A DNA stretch of 64,000 nt from Candidatus Jorgensenbacteria bacterium (lineage in GTDB: Bacteria; Patescibacteriota; Minisyncoccia; UBA6257; GWB1-50-10). The position numbers and the translations under genes are program-made. Below, one piece after another: positions 9,777 through 19,331 of this stretch (the first letter of the stretch is position 1; the number at the start of each line of letters is the position of its first letter). The stretch lies in assembly GCA_037444725.1 (NCBI GenBank), contig JBBILW010000001.1, forward strand, positions 5,056-69,055. The letters run 5' to 3'. The notes beneath the pieces were generated by a model that did no database searches, was not told the DNA's origin, and saw only the letters and a list, made by a program, of their open reading frames with translations.

Positions 9777-10829
9777 ATGGCACCCGCAAAGAAAGCGAAA
9801 GTGAATGATGAGTCTTCGAAAGATTTAGAGTCCTTGATGGAATCACTGCAGTCCCGCTTCGGCGAGGGCTCGGTGATGAAGCTTGGCGAACAATCGGCAA
9901 TGAAAGTAGAGGCGATACCCACGGGTTCGTTCTCGCTCGATTTGGCGCTCGGCGTCGGCGGCTTCCCGAAAGGGCGCGTCATCGAAATCTTCGGCCCCGA
10001 GAGTTCCGGCAAGACCACACTTGCGCTTCATGCGGTCGCGGAAGTCCAGAAGAAGGGTGGTAAGGCGGCCTTCATTGATGCGGAACACGCGCTCGACCCC
10101 GAGTATGCCGCAAAGATTGGCGTGAAGACGAAAGAGCTTATCATCTCTCAGCCCGACAACGGCGAAGAGGCATTGAATATCTTAGAGAGCATTGTGCGTT
10201 CGAACGTAATTGATATCGTGGTCGTGGACTCCGTCGCAGCGCTCACGCCACGCGCGGAAATCGAAGGCGAGATGGGCGCCCAGCACATGGGCCTCCAGGC
10301 ACGCCTCATGTCCCAGGCGCTGCGCAAGCTGACCGCCATCGCCGCGAAATCGAACACAATTGTTATCTTCATCAACCAGACGCGTATGAAAATCGGTCTT
10401 GTCTTCGGCAATCCCGAAACAACTCCGGGCGGTATGGCGCTCAAGTTCTACGCATCGGTCCGTATCGATATCCGCCGCATCGCGCAAATTAAAAAAGGGG
10501 AGGATGTTGTCGGCAACCGCACCAAAGCGAAAGTAGTGAAGAACAAGGTAGCGCCGCCGTTTCGCGTTGCGGAATTCGACATTCTCTACGGCGAGGGCAT
10601 CTCGTATGAATCGGACGTATTGAATACCGCGGTGAAATATGAAGTGGTAAAGAAAAACGGCGCGAGCTATTCCATGGACGGCGAGAAGCTCGGCAACGGA
10701 TTCGACAACGTGCGATTGAGACTTAAGGAAGATAAGAAACTTCTCGAGACGCTCAAGAAGAAAACAACGGAAGCTTCGCTCAAAAAAGGAATTATTGGCG
10801 TTGCGGGTCCGGACGACGAGAAAGAATAA
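9777..10829 (+). CDS. recA: Recombinase RecA
   Basis: [38 protein letters not shown]. Confidence 0.99.
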   Translation: MAPAKKAKVNDESSKDLESLMESLQSRFGEGSVMKLGEQSAMKVEAIPTGSFSLDLALGVGGFPKGRVIEIFGPESSGKTTLALHAVAEVQKKGGKAAFIDAEHALDPEYAAKIGVKTKELIISQPDNGEEALNILESIVRSNVIDIVVVDSVAALTPRAEIEGEMGAQHMGLQARLMSQALRKLTAIAAKSNTIVIFINQTRMKIGLVFGNPETTPGGMALKFYASVRIDIRRIAQIKKGEDVVGNRTKAKVVKNKVAPPFRVAEFDILYGEGISYESDVLNTAVKYEVVKKNGASYSMDGEKLGNGFDNVRLRLKEDKKLLETLKKKTTEASLKKGIIGVAGPDDEKE

Positions 10830-10840
10830 GAAAGGGGTGA

Positions 10841-10981
10841 CCGATATCGCGCGTACCCCTCGGAACCAGAATACAAGCGCTCCAGCGGCGCTTGTTTCTT
10901 TTCTCTCGCCGTTTTCCTTCTCTTCGAGAAGACCAATCTAAAACGGCTCCGAGACATTCCTCGGAGCACGTGCGATATCGG
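10841..10981 (+). ncRNA. Candidate structured RNA element in the recA 3' region
   Basis: 14-bp closing stem 10841-10854/10968-10981 (one G-U on +) enclosing three arms. Confidence 0.4.
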
Positions 10982-11012
10982 ATAGATGAGGTAAGTCGGG
11001 CAGAGCAGAAGT

Positions 11013-11849
11013 TTAGGAATTCAATGCGTAGAAGTTTTTGAATAGCTGCGCGACAAGTATGGGACCCGTGCCACCCGGCGTCGGCGTAAAGCTAAGCGAG
11101 TCGGGCGCGCCTTTTGCTTCAAAATCGCCCGCAATGCGGCCGCGCTCCGCGCTATAACCAAAATCTACGACGAGCGCATCGTGCTTTACCATCGACGCCT
11201 TCACAAGTCCCGCGCTTCCCACGCCGATGATAACGATATCCATGTGCTTTAACTCCGATAAATCGCTCCCTTTATCGAGATAATGGATTTCGGAGCTCTT
11301 GCCGAGAAGCCACGTCCCGATGGGTTTTCCCACAAGTGAGCCCAAACCCACGACGCCGATTTTCTTGTGCTCGATAAACCAACCCGCAATTGAGGCGTCG
11401 TCGCCGCGTGCGTGAATGAGCTTTCTGTCGAGTACCGCAAGAAGCGTGCCGACCGAGGGAGGCAGAATTTTTCCTCGTCCCGTATAGAATGCGCCGAGTG
11501 CGCGCTCGCTCAATACGTCAACATCAACCTCGCGAGGAATCGAGTTTAGAAGATACTGCGCATTGAGATGCGCGGGAAGCGGCAGTTGGATAATAATGCC
11601 GCCGCATGCCTTTTTCTCCGCAATCGAGGCAATCTCTTTCCTCAAGTCGTCTTCACGCACGCGCTCGGAGTATGCGTGCAGTTCAAACGGTATACCGAGG
11701 CGCTTTGCGATTTTTTCTTTCTGCTTTATGAAGCTGAGAGACGCGGGCTCCTTGCCCACGAGAATCGCGTGGAGCGTCTTCTTCATCTTTTTCCCCGATT
11801 CGAGTTCCGCCAATATTTCTTCCGCAATCTGTTTGCCGTCGATTATCAT
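11013..11849 (-). CDS. folD: Bifunctional methylene-THF dehydrogenase/cyclohydrolase (divergent)
   Basis: MIIDGKQIA, GIIIQLPLP, VGKP, GDF, TPTPGGTGP; start moved to ATG 11849, 6 nt after TGgTATAGT. Confidence 0.9.
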   Translation of the reverse strand: MIIDGKQIAEEILAELESGKKMKKTLHAILVGKEPASLSFIKQKEKIAKRLGIPFELHAYSERVREDDLRKEIASIAEKKACGGIIIQLPLPAHLNAQYLLNSIPREVDVDVLSERALGAFYTGRGKILPPSVGTLLAVLDRKLIHARGDDASIAGWFIEHKKIGVVGLGSLVGKPIGTWLLGKSSEIHYLDKGSDLSELKHMDIVIIGVGSAGLVKASMVKHDALVVDFGYSAERGRIAGDFEAKGAPDSLSFTPTPGGTGPILVAQLFKNFYALNS

Positions 11850-11872
11850 GGACTCACTATACCACCCAATAC

Positions 11873-11896
11873 AAACGCCCTCCACATGAGGGCGTT
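11873..11896 (-). terminator. Hairpin terminator after small membrane ORF
   Basis: AACGCCCTC-CACAT-GAGGGCGTT. Confidence 0.6.
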
Positions 11897-11905
11897 CCTA
11901 GAAAC

Positions 11906-12010
11906 TTACTGCGGCCGTACGAAGAAGAGGGGAATATACGCGCCCACCATTCCTATAATGAGCAGCGAAACGAATATGACTTTCAACCAATGCTTCTTGT
12001 CGTGTTTCAT
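11906..12010 (-). CDS. 34-aa single-pass membrane protein (not in ORF track)
   Basis: MKHDKKHWLKVIFVSLLIIGMVGAYIPLFFVRPQ; starts 3 nt after upstream stop; followed by a hairpin. Confidence 0.7.
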   Translation of the reverse strand: MKHDKKHWLKVIFVSLLIIGMVGAYIPLFFVRPQ

Positions 12011-12013
12011 ATT

Positions 12014-12586
12014 TTAAAATAATTGCGCAGGCGGCGGCATTACTTCCTTATAATCGTCGAAACTCATCTTCATCATCTCGGTTGTGTTGCGCTGGGGAAT
12101 GTAGAGGAACTTTTTCGCAAGCATCTGATCGTAGATGCGCTTCGTCACCTTCACGTCCTGCGTGCAGTATGATTTCAATTTTTCCATTTCGCCGTTGCGG
12201 TAGAACTCGATTGCCTGGAGTCCGCTCGCGCTCTTGCCCTCGCCGAGGTTCGCTTCCGCGAGTACGCCAAGCCCGATGCGTCGTCCCATGCGGCTCTCGA
12301 TCTCCTCCAATATATCGCAGTGCGCGATTTTCGCAATATTCGATTTGAAATATTTCTCGAGCACCGGCACGTCGAAGCGTTTGCTTGCGAAACCTATGAG
12401 GAGATACGCATTTTTAAAATACGCTTCGATTTTGTCGAGCTCGTGTTCCGTGAAGCAGTGGTATGCGTCCTCGTTATACGAGTAGAGGCCCACAACCGAC
12501 ATTTCTAACTTCGCGATGTTGCCCTGTCCGCCGACGTCGGCAAACGTGTTCTTTGTTTCGATATCAAATACAATTCTGTCTCTCAT
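12014..12586 (-). CDS. RNase H-like (YprB/DEDD-type) exonuclease-domain protein
   Basis: IVFDIET, FDVP, YCTQDVKVT acidic motifs; start at MRDRIVFD. Confidence 0.82.
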   Translation of the reverse strand: MRDRIVFDIETKNTFADVGGQGNIAKLEMSVVGLYSYNEDAYHCFTEHELDKIEAYFKNAYLLIGFASKRFDVPVLEKYFKSNIAKIAHCDILEEIESRMGRRIGLGVLAEANLGEGKSASGLQAIEFYRNGEMEKLKSYCTQDVKVTKRIYDQMLAKKFLYIPQRNTTEMMKMSFDDYKEVMPPPAQLF

Positions 12587-12611
12587 GAGTAAATTTTTTT
12601 GAAATATATTT

Positions 12612-13106
12612 TTATGTGTGCCTATCCGCAACGCTCGATGCTGCGTAGCTCTCCGGCTTCGTTTTCACTTCGAAATTGCTCGCGCGAATCATGCCCACCA
12701 CCTCCTGGATGAGCGCATTCGTGGGGCCGTGCGCGCCCACGTCCGCATGTATCTCAAACTCCCACTGGGGAATGAGATCTATCGTCTCCTGTTTCTTGAG
12801 TTCCGCAAGAAGCATATGCGCGGCTTCGAGTGAAATCATTACTTCATGAATAATGCGGTCGCGGAGCGTATGGTACTTCGTCTTGTCGTCCATTCTGCGC
12901 CAAAAATAACGGCCGCCTCGCCCCACGCGGTGCACTACGATTGCGTTCACAAAATCAGCGGTCTTGTCCGCAAGGCCTTGCGAATCGGTGCCGATAATTA
13001 TTTTGTAGGTCCGCTTCGGGTCCTCTTTCATGAACGTGATAATCGCCGCGACTACCGCATTCACTTCAAGCTGTACGCCGAACGAACTGCAATACGTTTC
13101 CCGCAT
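12612..13106 (-). CDS. RNase H-like YkuK-family (DUF458) protein
   Basis: IIIGTDSQ, VHRVGRGGRYF, EIHADVG, KPESYAASSVADRH. Confidence 0.88.
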   Translation of the reverse strand: MRETYCSSFGVQLEVNAVVAAIITFMKEDPKRTYKIIIGTDSQGLADKTADFVNAIVVHRVGRGGRYFWRRMDDKTKYHTLRDRIIHEVMISLEAAHMLLAELKKQETIDLIPQWEFEIHADVGAHGPTNALIQEVVGMIRASNFEVKTKPESYAASSVADRHT

Positions 13107-13177
13107 TCATCTACCTTAGCGCAGGGGGAGAGGGAGAGTCAATCGACAATACTCCAGATTAGAGTAGAATTACGCCC

Positions 13178-14059
13178 ATGGCACAGGAAAAATTCAGAGC
13201 TATTACTGAAACCCAAGCAATCAATTTTCACGGCACATTCTTCAAAAAAGCAGTGCGTGACATTCTAGAGGAAGTTCCTGGTATGAGTATTCGAGAAGAG
13301 TATCCGGTACTTTATGAAAAGGATGCCTCAATCGATTTACTGGCAACATATCATGTAGATAAGTTTAAGCAATATATACCGATGGAATGCAAGCGTGCCT
13401 TACCAAGTGCAAAACATTGGCTATTTTTTCCTGTAAGTCACGGACTTACAACACGGGACGCACAGGCTATCCATCGTATAGATGGCTTTGGTAAATCAAC
13501 CAGGATCGGCGTCACAACCACGCCTATCTTAATCGACTCGGTGTGTATAGAGGGCATGGAAATAGAAACGAACGGAGAAACATTTCGAGCCAATCCTTCA
13601 CCAATTTGGGAGGCTGCCGAACAGATTGCCCGTAACTATATTGGTTTTGTTTTACAAGAACGCGATGAGCGTCAGCGTACCACACATGATGAAGGTCCTG
13701 ACCCAGTGGCAATGTTTCCGATGCTTATTACGACCGCAAAGCTTCATATTGCAAAATATGATGCCACAAAAATTCATCTCGGAGATGGTAATTATCCCAT
13801 AGATATCGAAAAACGAGAGGTGCCGTTTCTCTCCTTGAATCACCCGTTCATTCCTCAACGCAATGGAGTTGCCATCTTTGATACTGTTTTGCCAAGTAGT
13901 GTTTCTCCGCTTGTTGGCTCTTCGAGAGAATACGACAATCCCTGGATGCGGGAATCATTTCACAAACAATCAATTATTGTTGTGAATGCCATGCATTTGA
14001 AAGAATTTTTTGCCGCATATATTGCAAGCACCCAAGCTGGCGAACCTCAGGCGAAATAA
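13178..14059 (+). CDS. Hypothetical protein, putative PD-(D/E)XK nuclease fold
   Basis: IDLLA...IPMECKR pattern; AT-richer than neighbours; TAGAAT 7 nt upstream of ATG. Confidence 0.6.
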   Translation: MAQEKFRAITETQAINFHGTFFKKAVRDILEEVPGMSIREEYPVLYEKDASIDLLATYHVDKFKQYIPMECKRALPSAKHWLFFPVSHGLTTRDAQAIHRIDGFGKSTRIGVTTTPILIDSVCIEGMEIETNGETFRANPSPIWEAAEQIARNYIGFVLQERDERQRTTHDEGPDPVAMFPMLITTAKLHIAKYDATKIHLGDGNYPIDIEKREVPFLSLNHPFIPQRNGVAIFDTVLPSSVSPLVGSSREYDNPWMRESFHKQSIIVVNAMHLKEFFAAYIASTQAGEPQAK

Positions 14060-14072
14060 TTTAGATTTCTAA

Positions 14073-14252
14073 GCGCTTCGGTGTCTCCTTCGCCTCTCGG
14101 CTCACCGTCGCTCACCTCGGGCTAGGCACCGCCTCGCGTGCAATTCTGCTGAATTGCACAAGCTCCGGCGTTCGACACCCGAACGCAAGGCGAGTAGTCG
14201 CCTTGCTCCATCACCCACAGCAAAACCCCGCCAAGAGGCGGGGGGTTTTGTG
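14073..14252 (-). repeat. Structured 3' trailer of tRNA-Val with inverted copy of the T-arm
   Basis: GTTCGACACCC (14170-14180) is the reverse complement of tRNA 14263-14273; hairpins at 14138-14159, 14185-14206 and 14214-14256. Confidence 0.7.
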
Positions 14253-14324
14253 TGGGCGCTGAGGGTGTCGAACCCCCGACCTACTCGGTGTAAACGAGTC
14301 GCTCTACCGCTGAGCTAAGCGCCC
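14253..14324 (-). tRNA. tRNA-Val(TAC)
   Basis: GGGCGCTTAGCTCAGCGGTAGAGC...ACTCG-TTTACAC-CGAGT...GGTTCGACACCC-TCAGCGCCCA; CCA not encoded. Confidence 0.96.
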
Positions 14325-14347
14325 TTTCTGACTACGATAGTGTATAC

Positions 14348-14380
14348 AAAAAAGCGGGACCAATCAACTGGTCCCGCTTT
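14348..14380 (-). terminator. Terminator after adenosine deaminase-family gene
   Basis: AAAGCGGGACCA-loop-TGGTCCCGCTTT. Confidence 0.8.
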
Positions 14381-14388
14381 GAGATTAA

Positions 14389-15372
14389 TTAGAACGCGAA
14401 TGCGCCCCTGAAGACGTTCTTCTCGAGAAGGCGCGCCTCCGTTTCCGTGAAATTGAACACCGCATCGCATCGCTCGATGACCTCCGGCATCGCCGGCAGG
14501 AAGAAGTCATCATCCGGGTTCAACGTGTAGCAGAGCCCGGCATCGAGAAGCTCAGGAATCCTCAACTCCTCGAGCGTCCCGATCGCACCCGTCGTAAGAT
14601 TCGAGAGGGGACAGCCTGCGACGCGGATGTGATTGTCCACCATGTAGCTCACCGTGTCGGGGTAGTCCACGAGCGGAATCGCGTGGCCCACGCCGTCGCA
14701 CTTCAGCACGTGGATAGCGGTGTGGATGTTGCGCATGAGGCGCGCACGATAGGTCTCGCGCGGCTCTTTCGCAACCCACTCGCCCGCGTGACAGTCCCGC
14801 CGCACCTTGCTGCCGAATGTGAGCTTGTACGCCTCGTAATGCTTTTCCGGCGGATGCGCCGCCTCATCGCACACGAGATTCAGCGCCGCTTCTCCGTCGA
14901 ACTCGAGCGCGATGCGCGCGATATCTTTTCCCGTCTCCACGTCCGCCTCGCGGCCGATGCAGATGTGCGGGAACACGCGGATATCGAGATTGAACTCGGT
15001 CGACTGCGCTGCTTCCACGAAGGCATGCGCGGCCTCGCGCATAGTGAGACCCTGCTTCGTGTGATACTGCGGCGCAAGATACGCCTCGACATACCGGTAT
15101 CCTTCAGCGCTGCGCGTGCGCGCATATTCGCGCACCGCATGGCGAATCGCCTCCTTCTTCTGAAGTGCGTTCGTGATGAGCGAAAACTTCTTCACGAGAT
15201 CAACGTGCACATTGCCGAAGAACGTTGCGAGCCTCTCCGGACTGCCTGCATTCTCCGCAACCTCGTACGGCAACGGCAACCCCGAGAGCTCGTAGAGCGT
15301 CGGGAGCGCTTTTGCGACTGCCATGCTTCCATCCACGTGGTCATGGTGCAATCCGCGAATAAACGGTTTCAT
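14389..15372 (-). CDS. Adenosine deaminase-family amidohydrolase
   Basis: HHDHVDGS, YVE..LAP, HAGE, GHA, CPLSN, NPDD; start at MKPFIRG after purine-rich GGAAAGGAAGG. Confidence 0.88.
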   Translation of the reverse strand: MKPFIRGLHHDHVDGSMAVAKALPTLYELSGLPLPYEVAENAGSPERLATFFGNVHVDLVKKFSLITNALQKKEAIRHAVREYARTRSAEGYRYVEAYLAPQYHTKQGLTMREAAHAFVEAAQSTEFNLDIRVFPHICIGREADVETGKDIARIALEFDGEAALNLVCDEAAHPPEKHYEAYKLTFGSKVRRDCHAGEWVAKEPRETYRARLMRNIHTAIHVLKCDGVGHAIPLVDYPDTVSYMVDNHIRVAGCPLSNLTTGAIGTLEELRIPELLDAGLCYTLNPDDDFFLPAMPEVIERCDAVFNFTETEARLLEKNVFRGAFAF

Positions 15373-15475
15373 GCGCGCCTTCCTTTCCCTGTTGGTTGGT
15401 AAGCTTCTCCTCAAGTTCTACCACCTCCTCACGTGACACGCAAACAAAAAAGCGCTCTTGGCGCCTTTTTCTTTG

Positions 15476-15547
15476 TCGGTCCGGCAGGACTCGAACCTGC
15501 AACCGGGCGTGTATAAGACGCCTGCTCTGCCATTGAGCTACGGACCG
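15476..15547 (-). tRNA. tRNA-Ile(TAT)
   Basis: CGGTCCGTAGCTCAATGGCAGAGC-A-GGCGT-CTTATAC-ACGCC-CGGTT-GCAGGTTCGAGTCCTGC-CGGACCG-A; anticodon UAU. Confidence 0.92.
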
Positions 15548-15591
15548 TTTCTCCTCCCGCAACTATACCAAGAGGGGAGGAGACAAATCAA

Positions 15592-17436
15592 CTAACCTTC
15601 AAGCGTCGCCATCTCGAAACCGAATTTCTTGATGATGGCATAAAACTCTTCCTGCTCCAATGTTTCGCGCACCACGAGCGCTTCCGCAATTGCGTCGAGC
15701 GCCTTGCGATTCTTCGTGATGACCGTCTTCGCGACCGCGAGTGCCTTATTAATGTACGCGTTCACCTCGTCATCAATTTTTGCACCCAGCGATTCGGAGA
15801 AATCGCGCTCATTTCCAAAATCGCGTCCCAGGAAGACCGCTTCCTGCGCACGCCCATACGAACGAGGACCAAGCTTCTCGCTCATGCCGTACTGCGTCAC
15901 GAGGCGCGTTGCCACATCCGTCGCGTTCCGAATATCGCTCGAAGAACCCGTCGTAACATCTTTAAATACCGTAAGTTCCGATGCGTAGCCGCCGAATGAG
16001 ACTGCGAGGTCCGCGAGGAATTGCGCCTTCGTGTGCAGTCTGCGCTCTTCAAGCGGAAGCTTTAGCGTGTAACCTCCCGCCATGCCGCGGCTCACGATAG
16101 AAACTTTGTGCACGGGGTCGGCGTCTTTCAATGCCGCCGCAACAAGCGCATGGCCCGCTTCATGGTATGCGGTAATTTCTTTTTCTTTCGGCGTGATGAC
16201 GCGGCTCCTGCGCGCCGGACCGAGCAACACCTTTTCTACGGAGTTCAAGAAATCCTCCTGCGCTACCGTCTTGCGGTTATTGCGCGCCGCAAGAATCGCG
16301 GCCTCGTTCACGAGGTTTGAGAGATCCGCACCGGCAAATCCCGGCGTACGTGTCGCGACTACCTTCAAATCAACGTCGTTCGCGAGCGGCTTCCCCTTCA
16401 CATGAATCTTCAAAATGTCTTCGCGGTCTTTTACGTCGGGCATATCCAAAACCACACGGCGGTCAAATCTTCCCGGGCGGAGCAACGCAGGATCCAACAC
16501 ATCGGGGCGGTTCGTCGCCGCAATTACGATGACGCTCGTGTCGCGATCGAAGCCGTCCATTTCGACGAGAATCTGGTTGAGTGTCTGTTCGCGCTCATCG
16601 TGTCCACCACCCATTCCTGTGCCGCGTTCGCGGCCGACCGCATCGATTTCATCGATGAAAATAATGGAGGGCGCCGCCTGTTTTGCGATGTGGAACAAAT
16701 CACGCACGCGGGACGCACCCACGCCGACGAACATTTCGACGAATTCGGATGCGGAGATGTGGAAGAAGGGGACGCCCGCCTCGCCTGCAACTGCGCGCGC
16801 AAGCATCGTCTTTCCCGTACCCGGTGAGCCCATGAGGAGCACGCCGCGCGGAATCTTCGCGCCAATTGCCGTGAACTTCTTCGAGTTCTTCAGGAACTCC
16901 ACCACCTCGAGCAACTCTTCTTTTGCTTCCTTCAGTCCCGCAACATCTTTAAACGTTGCCTTGTCTTTCGAGGGCGCAAAGAGCCGCACATTCACCTTAC
17001 CGAACGAGAATGCCTGGCCCGCGCCGGATTTTGCCTGGCGGAATATCCACCAGAACATCACCACCATCACAATGACGGGGATAAGAATTGGCAAAAGCAT
17101 ATTCATCCAGTATTTTGTGCCGCTCTCATCCTGAACTTTGAACTCAACTTTCTGAAGGTCTTCTGCTTTTACGCCGTAATTCTTGAGCGTCTCCGAAAAA
17201 CCCGTTTCGTTTTCTTTGCGTGAGGTCGCTGTGTCGTTATTCGTGAGCGTAATCTGGAGCTCGTTGCCGTTCACGACAAGCGATTTCACTTCTCCCGCAG
17301 TAATTTTTTTCGCGACTTCGCTCATCGAGAGCGAAAGGGGCTGCTTCGCCTCCGTCCCGGTGATCGAAGCAAAGAGAAGCGATGCGATAAAGAGCGCAGC
17401 GACTGCCCAAATGATGTTTTTCCACAATGGTTTCAT
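15592..17436 (-). CDS. ftsH: ATP-dependent zinc metalloprotease FtsH
   Basis: Two TM helices, [33 protein letters not shown]; start at MKPLWKN. Confidence 0.98.
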   Translation of the reverse strand: MKPLWKNIIWAVAALFIASLLFASITGTEAKQPLSLSMSEVAKKITAGEVKSLVVNGNELQITLTNNDTATSRKENETGFSETLKNYGVKAEDLQKVEFKVQDESGTKYWMNMLLPILIPVIVMVVMFWWIFRQAKSGAGQAFSFGKVNVRLFAPSKDKATFKDVAGLKEAKEELLEVVEFLKNSKKFTAIGAKIPRGVLLMGSPGTGKTMLARAVAGEAGVPFFHISASEFVEMFVGVGASRVRDLFHIAKQAAPSIIFIDEIDAVGRERGTGMGGGHDEREQTLNQILVEMDGFDRDTSVIVIAATNRPDVLDPALLRPGRFDRRVVLDMPDVKDREDILKIHVKGKPLANDVDLKVVATRTPGFAGADLSNLVNEAAILAARNNRKTVAQEDFLNSVEKVLLGPARRSRVITPKEKEITAYHEAGHALVAAALKDADPVHKVSIVSRGMAGGYTLKLPLEERRLHTKAQFLADLAVSFGGYASELTVFKDVTTGSSSDIRNATDVATRLVTQYGMSEKLGPRSYGRAQEAVFLGRDFGNERDFSESLGAKIDDEVNAYINKALAVAKTVITKNRKALDAIAEALVVRETLEQEEFYAIIKKFGFEMATLEG

Positions 17437-17503
17437 ATGATTTATATATTGCTCACTTACTATAGTGGAAGTGAACGATAGCCGCAACGCCAACAACTCA
17501 TAT

Positions 17504-17544
17504 AAAAATTCCGCCCTTCGTTTCACGAAGAGCGGGATTTTTTT
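17504..17544 (-). terminator. Terminator after rpsA
   Basis: AAAAATTCCGC-CCTTCGT..ACGAAGA-GCGGGATTTTT hairpin. Confidence 0.65.
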
Positions 17545-17548
17545 CGGT

Positions 17549-18637
17549 TTACTTCTTGAATTTCAAGCTGATTCTGCGCTCTGCGGGTTTCACCGTATCA
17601 ATGGTGAAGTGGTACTCCTTTCCCACCGCGAGCTGCTTGCGCATCTCGTCCGCGCCGCCGAATTCCGTGACGTGCACATACCCTTGGTACGTGTCGTCGA
17701 GATTTACAATGGCGCCAAACGGATTGAACATGTAGACCTTACCCGTCACATCCTGGCCATCCTTATAACGATTCATGACGATAGTCCACGGATCTTCCTT
17801 GAGGGCTTTGAGCGAGAGTGAAATCTTGCCGTCCTTGATTTCGATGATTTTCGCCTTCACTGCTTCGTCAACCTTCACTACGTCCTTCGGATTTTCAACA
17901 ATGCGATAGTCGAGCTCTGAAACGTGAATGAGGCCTTCCACCGCGGGGTTATCCATGAACTTCACGAACGCGCCGAAATCGGCAACACCCGAGACCACGC
18001 CCTCGATAACCTGGCCCACCGTGTAGTTCTTTACGAGCTCACGCGAAGAAACTTCCGTCGCTTCCTTCTCAGAAATGATGAGTTTGCCCGTGCGGACGTT
18101 CGCATCAATGATTTTTACCGAGATATCGGCACCCACCAAGCGCTGCAATGCGCCTGAGATTTCCGTGCGCTCCGCGGTTGTTGCTTTGGGATAGTGCTCA
18201 CCTGCAAGCTGGGAGACGGGGAGGAAGGCTGAGATACCTTTCACGTTCGCAATAAGGCCGCCCTTGTTGAAACCGGTGATTTTCACCGTGAACGCCTCGT
18301 CCTTACCCTTCAATTCGTCCACCTCGCCCCATGCCTTCTGCTTGCCCGCTTCCGCGAGCGAGAGTTCTACATACCCCTCGTCGTTGTCCACTTCAAGGAC
18401 TTTCGCATGAATCTTGCCGCCAATATCCACGCTTTTCACGAGTTCGCGCGCATTCTGGAGCTCGCCGCGATACACTGCGCCCGTACCGTGCCTGCCAAGA
18501 TCGACAAGCATCATTCTTGAGCCCTTGCTGAACACCGTTCCCTCGACGAGATCTCCCACTTTAATGGAAGAAAACACCTGCGGGTTCGATTTCGCAAGCT
18601 GGTTCAAGATCAGCATGCCGTTCTTTACGATATTCAT
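17549..18637 (-). CDS. rpsA: 30S ribosomal protein S1 (short, four S1 domains)
   Basis: Repeated S1 motifs ([34 protein letters not shown]). Confidence 0.9.
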   Translation of the reverse strand: MNIVKNGMLILNQLAKSNPQVFSSIKVGDLVEGTVFSKGSRMMLVDLGRHGTGAVYRGELQNARELVKSVDIGGKIHAKVLEVDNDEGYVELSLAEAGKQKAWGEVDELKGKDEAFTVKITGFNKGGLIANVKGISAFLPVSQLAGEHYPKATTAERTEISGALQRLVGADISVKIIDANVRTGKLIISEKEATEVSSRELVKNYTVGQVIEGVVSGVADFGAFVKFMDNPAVEGLIHVSELDYRIVENPKDVVKVDEAVKAKIIEIKDGKISLSLKALKEDPWTIVMNRYKDGQDVTGKVYMFNPFGAIVNLDDTYQGYVHVTEFGGADEMRKQLAVGKEYHFTIDTVKPAERRISLKFKK

Positions 18638-18743
18638 AGTGCTAACAGAATATGCACTTTTGTAAGGTAAGTCAACCCCAAAGTGGTAAAAATGGTCGTT
18701 GAAAAAGGGGCAAAAATGCCGTATAATTACCGGCAGATATTCT

Positions 18744-19331
18744 ATGATAATCACGTATCAGGGTAATAATTATTTCAAAATTCAGTCGGGAGAGTTCGCT
18801 ATTCTCATTGATCCGGAAAACCAACGCTCCTTCAGAGGCACTCAGATCATCATTAATACGGTACGTCCGACCCTCGCGGAGCCAGTAGAGGGCGGCGCAG
18901 AGGGGGAGAAGCCGTTCTGGATTGAACATCAGGGCGAGTATGAGGTTAAGGGCGTGCGCGTACAGGGCTGGACAAGCGGCAACGAAGGAGACAAGAAAGT
19001 ATTGACCTGCTATCGCATTATCTTTGACGAGATGACGATAGTGGTGCTCGGCCACCTGGCAGAGGAGCTGCCGCAGGCGCTCATTTCGGAACTTGCAGAC
19101 GCTGATATCGCCTTCGTGCCTGCAGGAGGAAAGCCCTACCTTGCACAAAGCGCGGTTGCAAAACTCTTGCGCCAGCTTGAGCCGGGAATCGTTATTCCGA
19201 CGCTCTTCAAAGACGTGAAACCGTTTTTGAAGGAGCTTGACCAGACCGACGTGAAGGAAGAGGAGAAGTTAGTCATTAAAAAGAAGGACATTGCACCCAA
19301 GGCGATGAAGGTGCATTGGCTCGGACAATAA
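18744..19331 (+). CDS. Metallo-beta-lactamase-fold protein (degenerate metal motif)
   Basis: MIITYQG..FKI...ILIDP, GEYEVKGV, LGHL, DIAFVPAGG, EPGIVIP; no HxHxDH. Confidence 0.75.
   Translation: MIITYQGNNYFKIQSGEFAILIDPENQRSFRGTQIIINTVRPTLAEPVEGGAEGEKPFWIEHQGEYEVKGVRVQGWTSGNEGDKKVLTCYRIIFDEMTIVVLGHLAEELPQALISELADADIAFVPAGGKPYLAQSAVAKLLRQLEPGIVIPTLFKDVKPFLKELDQTDVKEEEKLVIKKKDIAPKAMKVHWLGQ

Noticed and set aside
10667-10969. 100-aa minus-strand ORF overlapping the recA end
   Set aside because: Antisense shadow of recA plus the hairpin region; no independent support
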